Origin: Bdellovibrionota bacterium
Lineage (GTDB): Bacteria > Bdellovibrionota_C > UBA2361 > OMII01
Direction: 5' to 3'
Length of the DNA stretch: 64,000 nucleotides
NCBI GenBank assembly: GCA_044356215.1
Contig: JBIKWQ010000002.1
Span: 1 to 64,000, forward strand
The notes under the pieces were generated by a model. The model was not told the origin of the DNA. It ran no database searches and saw only the letters and a list, made by a program, of their open reading frames with translations. A program made the position numbers and the translations under genes. This document shows, piece after piece, positions 47,401 to 58,522 of this stretch (within the stretch, counting starts at the first letter, position 1; each line of letters starts with the position of its first letter).

Positions 47401-48711
47401 TTACGGTGTAGATAGAGCTGGTGATGGCTCGGATCTTCCGGATGCAGAAGAGATTTTTGTGCTCTGAGAAGTAGTGGGTCGACCTTTGCCGGTGGCTAGC
47501 TTCTCCCAGATAGGCGCGGTATCTCGAGCATTGCCCATTAGCGATATACAGTAGCCCTCGTGAATGTTTAGTCTCTGTGTCTGTTCTTCCGAAAGAGCGA
47601 CCCCTTCCTTGTTTGACAAAGCAGTTACGCCAGTAATTAGACCCTCAGCGTCCTGGAATCTATTTGCAGATAGAAGGGTTTCAATAAGAAGAAACTCTGC
47701 CTCAATTCTGGAAACTCCTAGAGTATCTTTAGTGGCGCTCCTGGCTGCAGCGATGGCGCGATCTCCGCGTTGCTTCTGATCAATCGATTGATTGTTTAGC
47801 CAGAGGTCAACAACGGCGCGCCACTTTGATACGTTGCCCTTGGATGCACGCGCGGCTTTAACTAGATACTCAGCCGCCGCGTCAGCGCGCCCGTGATGAA
47901 GTTCATCTTCGGCTAGCTTCTCTAGCGCGGCCGTAAAGGTAGGATTTCTTTTGGCTAGGGTAAGTAGTGATTCCCGTCGTGCATCATCGTTCTGCTCATT
48001 TGTTACTACTTGCTTAAACGAGAGTCTAGCGCGCGTCTCGACACTGTTCTCAGAGGCATATCCCATGCGCTCTAGCTCCTCGTGGTATTTCAGCGCCTGA
48101 GTAAAGTCACCGAGCTCTTCGCTGATTTGGCGCGCCATCTCTAGCGCATGTCGACAAGGATAATCCGCGATAACTAGTGCCAAGTTGTCACGTGCCGCGG
48201 TCTTATTATCCAGAGTGTGATTTAGCTTCGCGGCTCTAATCAAAACCTCAGCGTTCGAGCGGCTGCTAGCCCGTGTTGAATCAAGAACCTTTAGAGCCTC
48301 GCGAGGGTCGCCTAACTCCTCGATGCATTTCGATAGCTCAACTCGGGCGACGATGTTGTCTGGGTCTTCACCTATGACGCTCTCCCAGAGGGCTCTAGCC
48401 GCCCCTAAATCTCCGCATGCCATCAGGGTCCTGGCCTGTTCCTGAGATTTAAAGAAGCTCTGCCTAGCGCGCTCTAGCGAGCGGAGTCGCCGCTCTCTTA
48501 AGTAGCCTTTAAAGCCGAAGAACAGAGCGACTATTGAGGCAGCGACGCAACCAGCGACGAATACCCCGATGTAAATAACGCCAGCATAGGTTGAGATAGT
48601 TAGCTTAGGTCCCAGCTTAAGGGTCGCAGTATCAGAGTTTGTTAGGGTGATATAGAGAGCCGCGGCGACGACTAAGGCGATGAATAGGAACCGATTGAAT
48701 TGCTTGAGCAT
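47401..48711 (-). CDS. LapA-like TM domain + TPR protein (LapB-like)
   Basis: Two N-terminal TM helices around N...V.L, followed by TPR-like helical repeats. Confidence 0.65.
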   Translation of the reverse strand: MLKQFNRFLFIALVVAAALYITLTNSDTATLKLGPKLTISTYAGVIYIGVFVAGCVAASIVALFFGFKGYLRERRLRSLERARQSFFKSQEQARTLMACGDLGAARALWESVIGEDPDNIVARVELSKCIEELGDPREALKVLDSTRASSRSNAEVLIRAAKLNHTLDNKTAARDNLALVIADYPCRHALEMARQISEELGDFTQALKYHEELERMGYASENSVETRARLSFKQVVTNEQNDDARRESLLTLAKRNPTFTAALEKLAEDELHHGRADAAAEYLVKAARASKGNVSKWRAVVDLWLNNQSIDQKQRGDRAIAAARSATKDTLGVSRIEAEFLLIETLLSANRFQDAEGLITGVTALSNKEGVALSEEQTQRLNIHEGYCISLMGNARDTAPIWEKLATGKGRPTTSQSTKISSASGRSEPSPALSTP

Positions 48712-48869
48712 GAGCTGATAACTCTAAAGAAAATAGTCAAAGTGAGTTTAGCTTGGAGAGGGGTAGGTGTACAGAGTTCTGAGAGTGGGGCGTAGGATTT
48801 GCGCATCCCGATATCACTCCCTCGTGAACGTGCTCGTAATACTGCACATGTCTTCTACGCGGCCTCTTT

Positions 48870-49102
48870 CTCCTGCACCTATCTCCTGCTCCTCCTCCTC
48901 TTGCTCCTTCCTTATCCTAATCCTGCACTTGCACCTATCTCCTCCTCTTCGTCTACAGATAGGTAGGTGAAATAGGCAAAATTAACTCTCCGTGACCCTA
49001 GGCGACCTCGATGTGGAGGATTAGGAGGAGGAAACCGGTGCAGGTGCAGGATAAGGATAAGGAGGAAATCATAGGAGCAAGAGGAGGATAAGGACGAGGA
49101 GG
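48870..49102. repeat. Long imperfect inverted repeat built from 6-bp units
   Basis: TCCTTATCCTAATCCTGCACTTGCACC pairs with GGTGCAGGTGCAGGATAAGGATAAGGA; CCTCCTCTTGCTCCT pairs with AGGAGCAAGAGGAGG. Confidence 0.8.
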
Positions 49103-49213
49103 CAAAACCGGCAAGCCTATTTGTGGATTGACCACGAATGGACTGACCGTATCCTCTCGCCCCTTCAAGAACCCCGAAAACGGCGCCAGATTCATGTCAA
49201 CGGCGGGACTTCC

Positions 49214-49534
49214 CTAAACATTCGAGGCAGCAGATTCCTCTACCACTGTATTAGCCGGTGTCCGGTTAAGCGAGCCAGCTCTTCTTACTATTACAGGCGA
49301 GTTAATGAGCAGCGTAGTAGTATCAGCCATGCGGTGGTACTTGATATCAAAGCCGTCTTTGTCAATTACGAAGTACTTCTCGATGACCTTGACCATCTCC
49401 TCACGGAAGCCTGACATCTCGTCGTTTGTTAGGCCGGTCCTGTCTTGAACAAGAACGAAGTGCAGTCGGCTCTTGGCTACATCTTTGCTCTCATTATTTC
49501 CACCGAAGATTAAATTTTTAATGGCGGTTAACAC
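49214..49534 (-). CDS. minE: Cell division topological specificity factor MinE
   Basis: SKDVAKSRLHFVLVQDR, VIEKY; downstream of minD. Confidence 0.92.
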   Translation of the reverse strand: MLTAIKNLIFGGNNESKDVAKSRLHFVLVQDRTGLTNDEMSGFREEMVKVIEKYFVIDKDGFDIKYHRMADTTTLLINSPVIVRRAGSLNRTPANTVVEESAASNV

Positions 49535-49613
49535 TTTTTTAACTCCCGTGACTATGCACTTACTACGTTTTTCGACTTTACCTAGAATGACACAATCCGA
49601 CCATACTAAAACT

Positions 49614-50444
49614 TTACTGATTTACCCCTAACCTGCGAGTGAGGCGATTCCATAACGAACCACTATCGAAGCTCGGTATCGGAATCTGCTCGCCGCATAC
49701 ACGGCCAGCGATACGATTAAATGCCTGGCCAGCCTTTGACTTAGGATTATAGGTTACTGGCTCGCCGCAGTTGGCGGCTACGATAATCTGCTCATCGCGC
49801 TCAATTACCCCAAGGATCTCAATTCCTAGGATGTCCTGAACGTCCTTCACCGAAAGCATATCTCCGCGACGGACCATATCGAAATCGATGCGGTTAATTA
49901 TTAGCCGCGCCTCGATACCCTTTGATGATAGAAGTCCGACCACTCGGTCGGCATCACGGATAGCTGATACCTCAGGGGTGGTTACGACGATAGCTGAGTC
50001 CGCTCCAGCGCATGCATTTCTGAAACCTTGCTCGATGCCCGCAGGAGAGTCGATTAGTATGTAGTGGAATTCACGCTTGAACTGCTCGAGAACGTACCTT
50101 ACCTCAGCCTCATCGATTACGTCCTTGTCGTCGGTCTGTGAAGCCGGGAGGAGGTAGAGGTTGTTGGACTTCTTTGACTTGATAATCGCTTGTGAAGGTT
50201 TGCAGATCTTCTTGGCAACATCGACGATATTGAAAACAATGCGGTTCTCAAGGCCAAGAATTACGTCTAGGTTTCTCAGGCCGATATCGGCATCGATCAC
50301 AAGAACTCGCTGGCCCTTCAGGGCTAAGGCGGCCCCTAAGCTAGCTGTGGTTGTGGTTTTACCGACGCCACCTTTACCCGATGTAATGACGATAGCCTCG
50401 CCCACATCCTTCTTTCCACCGGCTCCCAAAGTTTTATTGCTCAT
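49614..50444 (-). CDS. minD: Septum site-determining ATPase MinD
   Basis: SGKGGVGKTT, DIGLRNLD, LPASQT, DSPAGIE, PEVSAIRDADR. Confidence 0.97.
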   Translation of the reverse strand: MSNKTLGAGGKKDVGEAIVITSGKGGVGKTTTTASLGAALALKGQRVLVIDADIGLRNLDVILGLENRIVFNIVDVAKKICKPSQAIIKSKKSNNLYLLPASQTDDKDVIDEAEVRYVLEQFKREFHYILIDSPAGIEQGFRNACAGADSAIVVTTPEVSAIRDADRVVGLLSSKGIEARLIINRIDFDMVRRGDMLSVKDVQDILGIEILGVIERDEQIIVAANCGEPVTYNPKSKAGQAFNRIAGRVCGEQIPIPSFDSGSLWNRLTRRLGVNQ

Positions 50445-50447
50445 CGA

Positions 50448-51404
50448 CTACTCCCTTCTACGTGCCCAGACAGTTCGCGATTGGTAAGGTTCAACTACGA
50501 TCATATTTCCATCTACCCGAGCCACCTCAGGTAGACCTCCACGCGGGGTGCTTTCGGCATCCTCAGCTCCAGATCCACGTGATATCACGAGCCCTATGCG
50601 TAGCTGAGTCGGTCTCAGATTGAGACTGAATATCACCCTTCCGCCACCACTCTCATCGTACGCTCCAGCGTGGGCTATTCCGCGGAGAGTCCCAAGGATT
50701 ATAACGTCACCACCAGCTATAACCTCAGCACCGGAATTAACATCTCCAAAGACTATAATCGAGTGCTCGCTCTCGATCTTCTGCCCCGAGCGCAGTGTTC
50801 CGTAAACGATTCTCGCGTCAGGCTCATCCCATGACATAGGATTGGCGGCGCCAACACGGCTCTCGTAAGAATCAATCCCATCAAACAAACTGACGCTACG
50901 CTCTGGAGTGGCTGCGGATTTCTTAACAGCACCGTTCTTGCCACCACCTACAACAGCGAATGGGGGCTCTTTGCTCTGTATCTCTTCCGTCACGGAGAGA
51001 TTTTCTACCGGAGTGGATTTGGTAACTGTCACGCTTTTTTGCTTGGATGCGCGAACTGATACCGCGAAGTCTTTGCTTAGGATTTCGGTAAGGGTCTGAA
51101 CGATTCCCTCATCCGGACGGCGTCCGATCCACTCAAAAGCGATATCGTTCCCTGATAGGAAGGAGCGCCTTGACTCAAGGAACTCTCGGACCGCAGATAT
51201 GAGGTCCGAGCTCTCAACCCGGCCGTCGACGCGCAAAACCAGCCCCTCAGATGTCCCTCGCGCGGTGATTACACTACTGCGCTCCTCGGTCTTTCTAGCG
51301 GCTGGGATTTGATCGGCTGATTCCCTGTTAGGCGTATCGATGAGGCCGTTTGTTCCGGCTCCGCCTTCCTGAAATCCTTCTTCATCATTAAAGGGGTTGT
51401 TCAT
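50448..51404 (-). CDS. minC: Septum site-determining protein MinC
   Basis: LRSGQ, GDVNSGAEVIAGG, GTLRGIAHAG, PTQLRI, PEVA. Confidence 0.92.
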   Translation of the reverse strand: MNNPFNDEEGFQEGGAGTNGLIDTPNRESADQIPAARKTEERSSVITARGTSEGLVLRVDGRVESSDLISAVREFLESRRSFLSGNDIAFEWIGRRPDEGIVQTLTEILSKDFAVSVRASKQKSVTVTKSTPVENLSVTEEIQSKEPPFAVVGGGKNGAVKKSAATPERSVSLFDGIDSYESRVGAANPMSWDEPDARIVYGTLRSGQKIESEHSIIVFGDVNSGAEVIAGGDVIILGTLRGIAHAGAYDESGGGRVIFSLNLRPTQLRIGLVISRGSGAEDAESTPRGGLPEVARVDGNMIVVEPYQSRTVWARRRE

Positions 51405-51682
51405 AATGGATGCTACATCTCTCTACGGCAAAACCGATTAAACCTGCTGGTCGCTCCGCGCTTTGTCGAGTAAAGTCGATCGTTTACTTGTACCAAAGAT
51501 ACTCGCGCTGAGTGATTACTTTAAGTGGCTTATAGCAAAGCCTTGATCTCGGCGTCAACAAACAAGTGTTGAAAATAAAAATTATTTAGAGTGAAGATAA
51601 AGTTTGCCTATCTCTCGGCCGGTCGTATTGACTTTACTAGGAGCTTTGGCATAGCCCTAAGGATAGCCAAATTAGGCTGGGT

Positions 51683-51871
51683 TAAGGAAGGCCGGCAAAA
51701 CCCCTCCCTACTGCGAAAGCGGATCTTGAGCTGCTCTTCGAGTTTTCGAGATGGGAAAAAATCCTCAATGTATCACAGTGGATACACTTGCGGTTTTTCC
51801 CCATCTCGAAAATCGAATATCAACTCAACCTCCACTTTCTCGCTACGGGTAGGTTTTTCCGGCCTTCCTTA
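51683..51871 (+). mobile_element. Palindromic MITE-like element, copy 4 (189 bp, no nested insert)
   Basis: TAAGGAAGGCCGGCAAAA...TTTTTCCGGCCTTCCTTA; colinear with copy 1 once the 69-bp insert is removed. Confidence 0.9.
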
Positions 51872-51898
51872 AAGAAGTTTAAGAAGGTATTTACCTTA

Positions 51899-52369
51899 AT
51901 GATTGACCTAATAGCTAAATGGATCGCGAGTGGTTTTGGAAGTGGCTATGCGAATGTAGCGCCCGGCACATTTGGAAGTTTTGCGGCGCTGTTTTTTTGG
52001 TGGTTGCTCTTTCAGATTGGCGCACTAGATGCGGCGAACGCCGCTGTTGTTCCTCTAGTGATTACAACTGCAGTCGGATTCTTAGCTGTCGCTTGGTGTG
52101 TACGAAATCTCGACGCAGGAGCTGATCCGCAGTGGATCGTGATCGATGAATGGGCGGGTCTATACATCGCTCTTCTAGGTTTGACTCCGGGTAGCTGGGG
52201 GCTAGTTTTAGCGGCATTTATTTTTTTTAGAGCTTTTGACGCGCTCAAAACAGGTCCTGTCGCGTGGGCGGAGTCGTTACCTAAGGCGTTCGGAATTATG
52301 GCAGATGATTTAGTAGCAGGAATAATGGCCGCTATCGTAATCTGGGGATTAAGGTTAGCCATTTATTAG
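51899..52369 (+). CDS. pgpA: Phosphatidylglycerophosphatase A
   Basis: GFGSG..APGTFGS, DPQWIVIDE..G, FRAFD..K, MADD. Confidence 0.93.
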   Translation: MIDLIAKWIASGFGSGYANVAPGTFGSFAALFFWWLLFQIGALDAANAAVVPLVITTAVGFLAVAWCVRNLDAGADPQWIVIDEWAGLYIALLGLTPGSWGLVLAAFIFFRAFDALKTGPVAWAESLPKAFGIMADDLVAGIMAAIVIWGLRLAIY

Positions 52370-52379
52370 TTATGAAACT

Positions 52380-53435
52380 GTGAAGATTATGAGTTTGTCG
52401 CGGAATCTTGGATTTGTATCTCTTTTGCTTTGTTTATCCGCGTGCTCTCCAGGATATGTCATGAGAGCGGCATATGAGCAGAGTAAGATCCTACTAGCTA
52501 GGAGACCGATCGATCAGGTGGTTCAGGATGTCGCCATAGTTGATGAGGACCGAAGAAAACTTGAGCTAGTCTTGGAGGCGCGTGCCTTCGCCGTTTCAAT
52601 CGGTTTAGATCCGAAGGGTTCATTCACGAAGTACGCTGATATCGGCAAAGACACATTGGCCTGGGTTGTTATGGGATCAAAAAAAGATTCCTTTGACATG
52701 TATACTTGGTGGTTTCCGATCGTTGGTACAGTGCCTTACAAAGGTTTCTTCTCTCAGGAGGCCGCGATAAGTCAGGCAAGCGAGCTAGAGCGAAAGGGCT
52801 ATGAAACTAGCGTCAGAGGTACCGAGGCCTTTAGCACCCTTGGTTGGTTTAATGATCCGCTACTCTCGACGACTCTAATGAATCCGCCAGTACGGGTCGC
52901 TAATACTGTGATTCACGAGAGCGTGCACTCAACTGTTTGGATTAAAGATAACGTGCCGTTTAATGAGAGCTTGGCTAACTTTGTTGCCTCTCAGGCGACG
53001 GTAGAGTTTTTTAAAGCGCGCGCAAAAGATACTTGGTCAAACTCAGCTAAAGATACGGGAGAGTTGGTCGGTCTAGCGGAGAGAGAGCACCGATTTACCT
53101 TAGAGTATGCGGATCTAGTAACCACATTGTACAAGGAGCTGGGTGATCTCTATCAGAGAGCGGACATCACAAAGGAACAGAAGATTGAGATGCGAGAAGG
53201 GGTATTTAAAGCGATCGTCGCGCCATTTAAAAAGCGTTATCCCGGCATCCGATCCTTGGCTCAGTTAAACAACGCGGAATTGCTGCAAACTACTATATAC
53301 ATGACCAAATTACGCTCTTTCGAGCGCCTGTTTAACCGCTCGTCGGGGTCTTGGGAGCGCTTCTTTGGGGAGATTAGAGCTATCTCTAGGCGTGTTTCCG
53401 AGGGAGATCTTGAGGACCCTTTTGCTGGTTTGTAG
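52380..53435 (+). CDS. Putative zinc aminopeptidase lipoprotein
   Basis: Lipobox LSAC, WWFPIVG.VPYKGFF, STLGWF.DP, HESVH, FNESLA. Confidence 0.85.
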   Translation: MKIMSLSRNLGFVSLLLCLSACSPGYVMRAAYEQSKILLARRPIDQVVQDVAIVDEDRRKLELVLEARAFAVSIGLDPKGSFTKYADIGKDTLAWVVMGSKKDSFDMYTWWFPIVGTVPYKGFFSQEAAISQASELERKGYETSVRGTEAFSTLGWFNDPLLSTTLMNPPVRVANTVIHESVHSTVWIKDNVPFNESLANFVASQATVEFFKARAKDTWSNSAKDTGELVGLAEREHRFTLEYADLVTTLYKELGDLYQRADITKEQKIEMREGVFKAIVAPFKKRYPGIRSLAQLNNAELLQTTIYMTKLRSFERLFNRSSGSWERFFGEIRAISRRVSEGDLEDPFAGL

Positions 53436-53736
53436 GGTGTAAGAAAAAGGGATTTAGCCCTCCAATCTGTTGATTTAGCCACCCAAACAGCTTAAAAACT
53501 CTCGCCGGACAAGGGCGCGTTGTGGCCTAAAAAAGGACCCAATAGGGCGTTTTTAGGGGGATATCACGATTTGGCTCAAACGACCCATAACCCTAAAAGA
53601 TAATACTAGTGGCAAGGTTAAGTTATTTTTGAAGCACTTGGCCGTTTGCCTCGGATTATAGGTTAACGCCGCGGTGTGTGGTGGTGGGTGTGTGTCCCTA
53701 TGTGGCAGGCCCACGATTAAAAGAAAAGGTTAGATT

Positions 53737-56700
53737 ATGGCACCTAAGATATCTTTACCGATAACCTCGCAATTAGGGTTTTTAGCAAAGGTCCTGCGTT
53801 CCGCCCTTGGGATCCTTGTGGCGTTGATGAGTGTGATAGGAGTAGGGATGGAGGCATCCGCCACTACCCCTACTGCGAGTCCGACAGTTGGGTCGGGAAG
53901 CTCCAGAGATTGGCGAGTCTTCGTGAGTAGGACTGCCAAGCAGGGAAATTTCGGAGGCATCGCGGCAGCCGATAGCATCTGTCAACAGGAAGCGACGCAG
54001 GCAGGTCGTACAGGAACCTGGATTTCCATTCTTTCTGATCAGAGCCAGAGCGCCAAAGACAGAATTATAGCCTTAAATGGCGGCGTCGATGTGGCGACTG
54101 AGATCCGCGATCTCTCTCCGGAGAGACGGCTCGTGGCGGTAGGAACAAGCGGAACCAAGGGTCTGTGGAGTGGTGGACTGATCAACCGAATTGAATTTCA
54201 CGCTGATTCCGTGAATACCTTTAGCTCTTTGGTCTGGTCAGGAACTAATAAGGATGGTTCAAAAGATGGCCGAGAAACCGCTTGTAACAATTGGACAGCG
54301 ATTAACCGCGGAGTAGAGAGCGGACGCACAGATCGTATAGATGCCACCTGGATAGCCATATACAATGGTGAGGGATCTCCGGGAAACTCCTGTGCTAATT
54401 CCGGGCGGTTCTACTGTATCGGCAAGACAAATGACCCGATCAGCGCACCGGCGACCCCGACCTTTACCTATACACCTACGGTGCATCCGACGATCACCGC
54501 GACATCGACCTCAACTCCGACGCCGACCTTCACCGCCGTCAAGACATCAACTCCTACTTTTACGCCGACGTGGACATTCACTCCAACTAATACGGCAACC
54601 CCTACACCAGCGGCTGCTGGGCGCGTTTATTCAGGCAGCTCACTAATTATGGGGTATCTTGCTCAAGGCTCCTCTGCGCCTGTTGGAGAGTATACCAACT
54701 GTTATGCCGCAATCGGTAATTCCTTGTCTCTCGAGATCTCAAATACGGGGAGCATCTACCCTGAGCTTGATGTCAAGATCGCGAATGGTAATATCTCCAT
54801 AGTTACAGATAATACCAGAAATCTCGCTGCCAACGCGGCATATGTCTGTATCAAGGGTGCTAACGGCACAGTGGTAGATGCTGATGTTAAGGCAGGCATG
54901 CAGTGGTGGGCAGGTGGAGTTCAAACAGGTTCGTTTAAGATCGCCGCTGGGCTACAGTGCGTACTAAGCGTGTCAGGTTTTGATAAGAGGCGTTCATCCT
55001 CCGGTGGTGGGATCGGAACGATGAGAGCCAGCTACGACTCAGCTAGCGGTAACGTTACTGTAACCGGCGAGTCTTATGGGTACGTTATCGGAGTTAGCTA
55101 CATCTGCGTTGATCCTAAGTCGACTAACAAGACACCAGTACACATCGGACAGTACGCGCGTGATGTTGCCGGAGCTAGCGCTTTGTTAGCAAAGGACCTG
55201 CAAGTTAGCCCTGGCATCAACTATTTCTCAACTAACGGCTGCAGCAGTGACGCTATTGGACAGCATCAGTACAACAGAGATTCCGGAATGGCTTATAAGG
55301 GTGGAGCAACAGGTTGCGGCACTGGTGTGGCATCCTACAGCTACCTAGGAGTAGGCGGAACTATCGCAGGAACTCCAAGTTGCCGTGACGGCAAAGACAA
55401 CGATGGCGACGGGCTAGTTGACTTCCCAGCCGACCCAGGTTGCTTAGACGTCAACGATGTCGACGAGTCTAACTCATTTGACCCAGGCGGAGCTCAGTGT
55501 AACGACGGGCTCGATAACGACAACGATGGCTTAGTCGATGCCTACTCTGAATTAGCCCCAGATAACGGAGAGGTGCTGAATCTAGCTCCAACCGGTGATA
55601 CCGCTCTAGAGTTCCGACGTGTCGTTGAGGCTACAGTTAAGGCCAAGAAATTCCCAGGAATGACAGCGCCGGGTAAGGTTCTAATCAACGGATCTCAAGA
55701 GGTGGAGGCTGGTATTCTGCGCTCTGTCTCCACAGGAGCCGACTTATGGGCCGATGCAGGCAGTGATAACTCTACCGACGGAATCATGACCGACTCTTTG
55801 AGTCAGGTTTGTCGGGTCCTCGGCTATAAGGATTATGTTTCGTCGACCTGCCGCGATGGCGAGCGTTCGTCTAGATATCCTAACGGTAAGTGTAACTTCC
55901 ACGGTACCTCTGATAACCGTCAGTGGGCCTTTGAGAACGGCAACTTCATCGTGAAGACAGCTGATCCTAAGTACAAAAAGACGTGGGTCACCTCGATTCA
56001 GTGTAAGAACAAGCTCTCGGCTTGTAACGACGGCTGGGATAACGATGGCGATGGCAAAGTCGATTCGGCAGATGATGGTTGCGCTAACGCAAACGACAAT
56101 AGTGAGGGCAAGCCAGATACCAAGTGCTCTAGCCCAACATCAACCACTGAGTTTGAGCAGTGCCGTGATGGTAAGGATAACGACGCCGATGGCTTGATCG
56201 ATCAACAGGATCCGGCGTGCCGTACGATCTTCGACAATCCGAATACTTACAATCCTAGCTTAGATAACGAGAGCGCTAACTTCGGTAAGGTAGAGCTCAT
56301 CGGGCCAAATGGTACGGTGCGCGATGGAAGACCAACTTATTCATGGAAGCCTTTAGCCGCTAGCGCGACTCGTTACCTAGTAGAGGTGTATCGTGGAGCT
56401 GAGCTGCAGTACTCATTCTACTTCGATGGTACAAGTGTAAGACCAGACCTACCGCTACAGTTCGGAGTTGAGCATAACTTCAGAGTAAGAGGGGTTGACG
56501 CTAACAACAATCCGATTAGCTTCTGGAGTGATCCAATGAAGTTTACTATCGCGCTAGCTGGTCCGGCCATGGTGCGTCCAAATGGAGCAATTAATGAGCG
56601 CAGGCCAACCTTCGAGTGGACAGCGATCCCGTTCGCTCTGCAATACGAGCTGCAGGTTTTCGATAAAGCGACAAAAACGCTGGTTCTGCAGGGCTTCTCG

Positions 56701-58362
56701 ACAACCACCTCGCTAGTATCGACTGTGGATCTGATACAGGGCAAAACCTACCAGTCGTTCGTGCGGGTTGTTAACACAAACAGATCTACTGCTGGAGACT
56801 GGAGCACGCCGCTAGATTTCTTAGTGGTTGAGCCAACGGCTACGCCGACAGCTACGGCCACAGAGACGCCTACGGCGACATTTACCGCGACCGCGACTTA
56901 TACCGCCACGGCAACGCATACCGCTACAGCTACGGAAACTGCCACGGCGACCTACACCGCGACCGCAACAGTGACTCACACAGCTACGGCGACATCAACG
57001 GTAACGATAGCGCCTACTGATACCGCCACGGCGACGCCGACGGCAAGGAGTACTAGTACGGCGACTAATACGCCAACAAACACGCCGACGGATACGCCGA
57101 CGGACACGCCAACAAATACTCCGACGAATACGCCGACGGTAACACCGACGAATACTCACACGGCGACACAAACGGCAACGTACACTGCTACAGCGACGTA
57201 TACTGCTACAGCGACGTATACCGCTACAGCTACTTACACCGCTACTGCAACCGCTACGGCAACCGCGACGGAGACGGCAACCGCGACTCCGACTAACGAG
57301 CCGCCACTGTTAACTCTCGGAGTGGAGTGTGTGAGCAAAAACGTCGATGGAACGAGAACGGCATACTTCTCCTATAACAACCTTACAGGAGGGGATGTCA
57401 CTGTGGCCAACAACACGGCCCTCGGAACTATCAACGAGTTCAAGGCGACTACAACGACTTCCGCTACGCCGCCTGCTACCTTCAAGTTAGGCCAGGCCAA
57501 GGGAGCGGTCGTAGTTCCATACTCCAGTGGCTCTGTGACCTGGACAGTTAAGGCTCCGAAGAGCTTGCGTTCGGAAGCTATAGCATCCGACTCAAGCCCA
57601 GAGTGTCCAGTGGTTCAACCTCTAGCCGACTGTCGCGGCTACGAGAGTGGAGTGCTCAAGGTTAAGCTTGGTTACAGTAATCCGGGCTCATTCGAGCAGA
57701 GTGTTCCTGTGGGTAAGCTAAACAGCTTCACCTCTGGAAGCACAGATCGTGGCCAGCCCAATAGATTCTTCTCGGGATTAAACTCGTCGGTGTTCCAGAT
57801 CGCTTTGTCTGATCCGAACGAGAAGGTAACATGGAGTGTAAACGGCAAATCCGTCGTTATCGATAACACCCTAAAGGTCTGCTCAGGACAGTGCGTTGAC
57901 CTACCGGCCGGCACTATCAAGGGTAATCTGGATAGAATAGCTGGAGAGCTGTCGGGTGTGGTTAACCGCGCGGCGAGCCTCCTCGCGAGTGTCAAAGATA
58001 GGAACATGAATGGGCGTACATCGCCAAGAGATAGAACTGATGCGGGGCGAGCTAGAAAGAAAGCCACTTATTACGAGGGGCTTGCTAAATCGCTCACTAT
58101 TCAGTTCCCAGCGGTAATCAAGACGTGTCCAGAGGCGCCAGCATTCTGCTCGACGGTAGATCGTTTGGGAACGATAGAGACGCTCAAAGGACTCTACGCG
58201 AATCAGCGTAATACCGTGATGCGTGTGATCGCCCGTGTCCAGTTCAGATCTGGCACGACACCGACCCGCAGACAAAAGCTGATAGTACAAGCCAAGGAGC
58301 TAGAGCAGCAGGGATTAGCGGAGCTTGCTAAGTTACCGCGCTTCTCAACTGAGTGTAAGTAG
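53737..58362 (+). CDS. Large secreted multidomain surface protein
   Basis: Signal peptide; endostatin-like/DUF1554-like domain ([11 protein letters not shown]); four C.DG.DND.DG..D repeats; two Fn3-like units; Thr/Pro/Ala linkers; Cys-containing C-terminal domains. Confidence 0.85.
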   Translation: MAPKISLPITSQLGFLAKVLRSALGILVALMSVIGVGMEASATTPTASPTVGSGSSRDWRVFVSRTAKQGNFGGIAAADSICQQEATQAGRTGTWISILSDQSQSAKDRIIALNGGVDVATEIRDLSPERRLVAVGTSGTKGLWSGGLINRIEFHADSVNTFSSLVWSGTNKDGSKDGRETACNNWTAINRGVESGRTDRIDATWIAIYNGEGSPGNSCANSGRFYCIGKTNDPISAPATPTFTYTPTVHPTITATSTSTPTPTFTAVKTSTPTFTPTWTFTPTNTATPTPAAAGRVYSGSSLIMGYLAQGSSAPVGEYTNCYAAIGNSLSLEISNTGSIYPELDVKIANGNISIVTDNTRNLAANAAYVCIKGANGTVVDADVKAGMQWWAGGVQTGSFKIAAGLQCVLSVSGFDKRRSSSGGGIGTMRASYDSASGNVTVTGESYGYVIGVSYICVDPKSTNKTPVHIGQYARDVAGASALLAKDLQVSPGINYFSTNGCSSDAIGQHQYNRDSGMAYKGGATGCGTGVASYSYLGVGGTIAGTPSCRDGKDNDGDGLVDFPADPGCLDVNDVDESNSFDPGGAQCNDGLDNDNDGLVDAYSELAPDNGEVLNLAPTGDTALEFRRVVEATVKAKKFPGMTAPGKVLINGSQEVEAGILRSVSTGADLWADAGSDNSTDGIMTDSLSQVCRVLGYKDYVSSTCRDGERSSRYPNGKCNFHGTSDNRQWAFENGNFIVKTADPKYKKTWVTSIQCKNKLSACNDGWDNDGDGKVDSADDGCANANDNSEGKPDTKCSSPTSTTEFEQCRDGKDNDADGLIDQQDPACRTIFDNPNTYNPSLDNESANFGKVELIGPNGTVRDGRPTYSWKPLAASATRYLVEVYRGAELQYSFYFDGTSVRPDLPLQFGVEHNFRVRGVDANNNPISFWSDPMKFTIALAGPAMVRPNGAINERRPTFEWTAIPFALQYELQVFDKATKTLVLQGFSTTTSLVSTVDLIQGKTYQSFVRVVNTNRSTAGDWSTPLDFLVVEPTATPTATATETPTATFTATATYTATATHTATATETATATYTATATVTHTATATSTVTIAPTDTATATPTARSTSTATNTPTNTPTDTPTDTPTNTPTNTPTVTPTNTHTATQTATYTATATYTATATYTATATYTATATATATATETATATPTNEPPLLTLGVECVSKNVDGTRTAYFSYNNLTGGDVTVANNTALGTINEFKATTTTSATPPATFKLGQAKGAVVVPYSSGSVTWTVKAPKSLRSEAIASDSSPECPVVQPLADCRGYESGVLKVKLGYSNPGSFEQSVPVGKLNSFTSGSTDRGQPNRFFSGLNSSVFQIALSDPNEKVTWSVNGKSVVIDNTLKVCSGQCVDLPAGTIKGNLDRIAGELSGVVNRAASLLASVKDRNMNGRTSPRDRTDAGRARKKATYYEGLAKSLTIQFPAVIKTCPEAPAFCSTVDRLGTIETLKGLYANQRNTVMRVIARVQFRSGTTPTRRQKLIVQAKELEQQGLAELAKLPRFSTECK

Positions 58363-58384
58363 TTAACTACGGGTTCTTACAAAA

Positions 58385-58419
58385 GGGCGAGGCTTCGCTT
58401 AACAGGCGGGGCCTCGCCC
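58385..58419 (+). terminator. Hairpin after the large surface protein gene
   Basis: GGGCGAGGCTTCGC...GCGGGGCCTCGCCC. Confidence 0.6.
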
Positions 58420-58522
58420 CTCCCTTTGTTAGCGATCCATTGGGGATGTTTTGCCTCGCTCGGCTATATAGTGTACGTTTTGGGGCTGTTCGCAACTGTG
58501 ACTACCCGTGAAGAGGCGCTCC

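Noticed and set aside
51788..51898. N-terminal extension of PgpA in the ORF track
   Set aside because: It is mostly derived from MITE copy 4; PgpA-like sequence begins at ATG 51899.
56830..57300. Tandem 12-18-bp repeats resembling an array
   Set aside because: They are in-frame Thr/Ala/Pro linker codons of the large protein, with no unique spacers and no cas genes, so not CRISPR.
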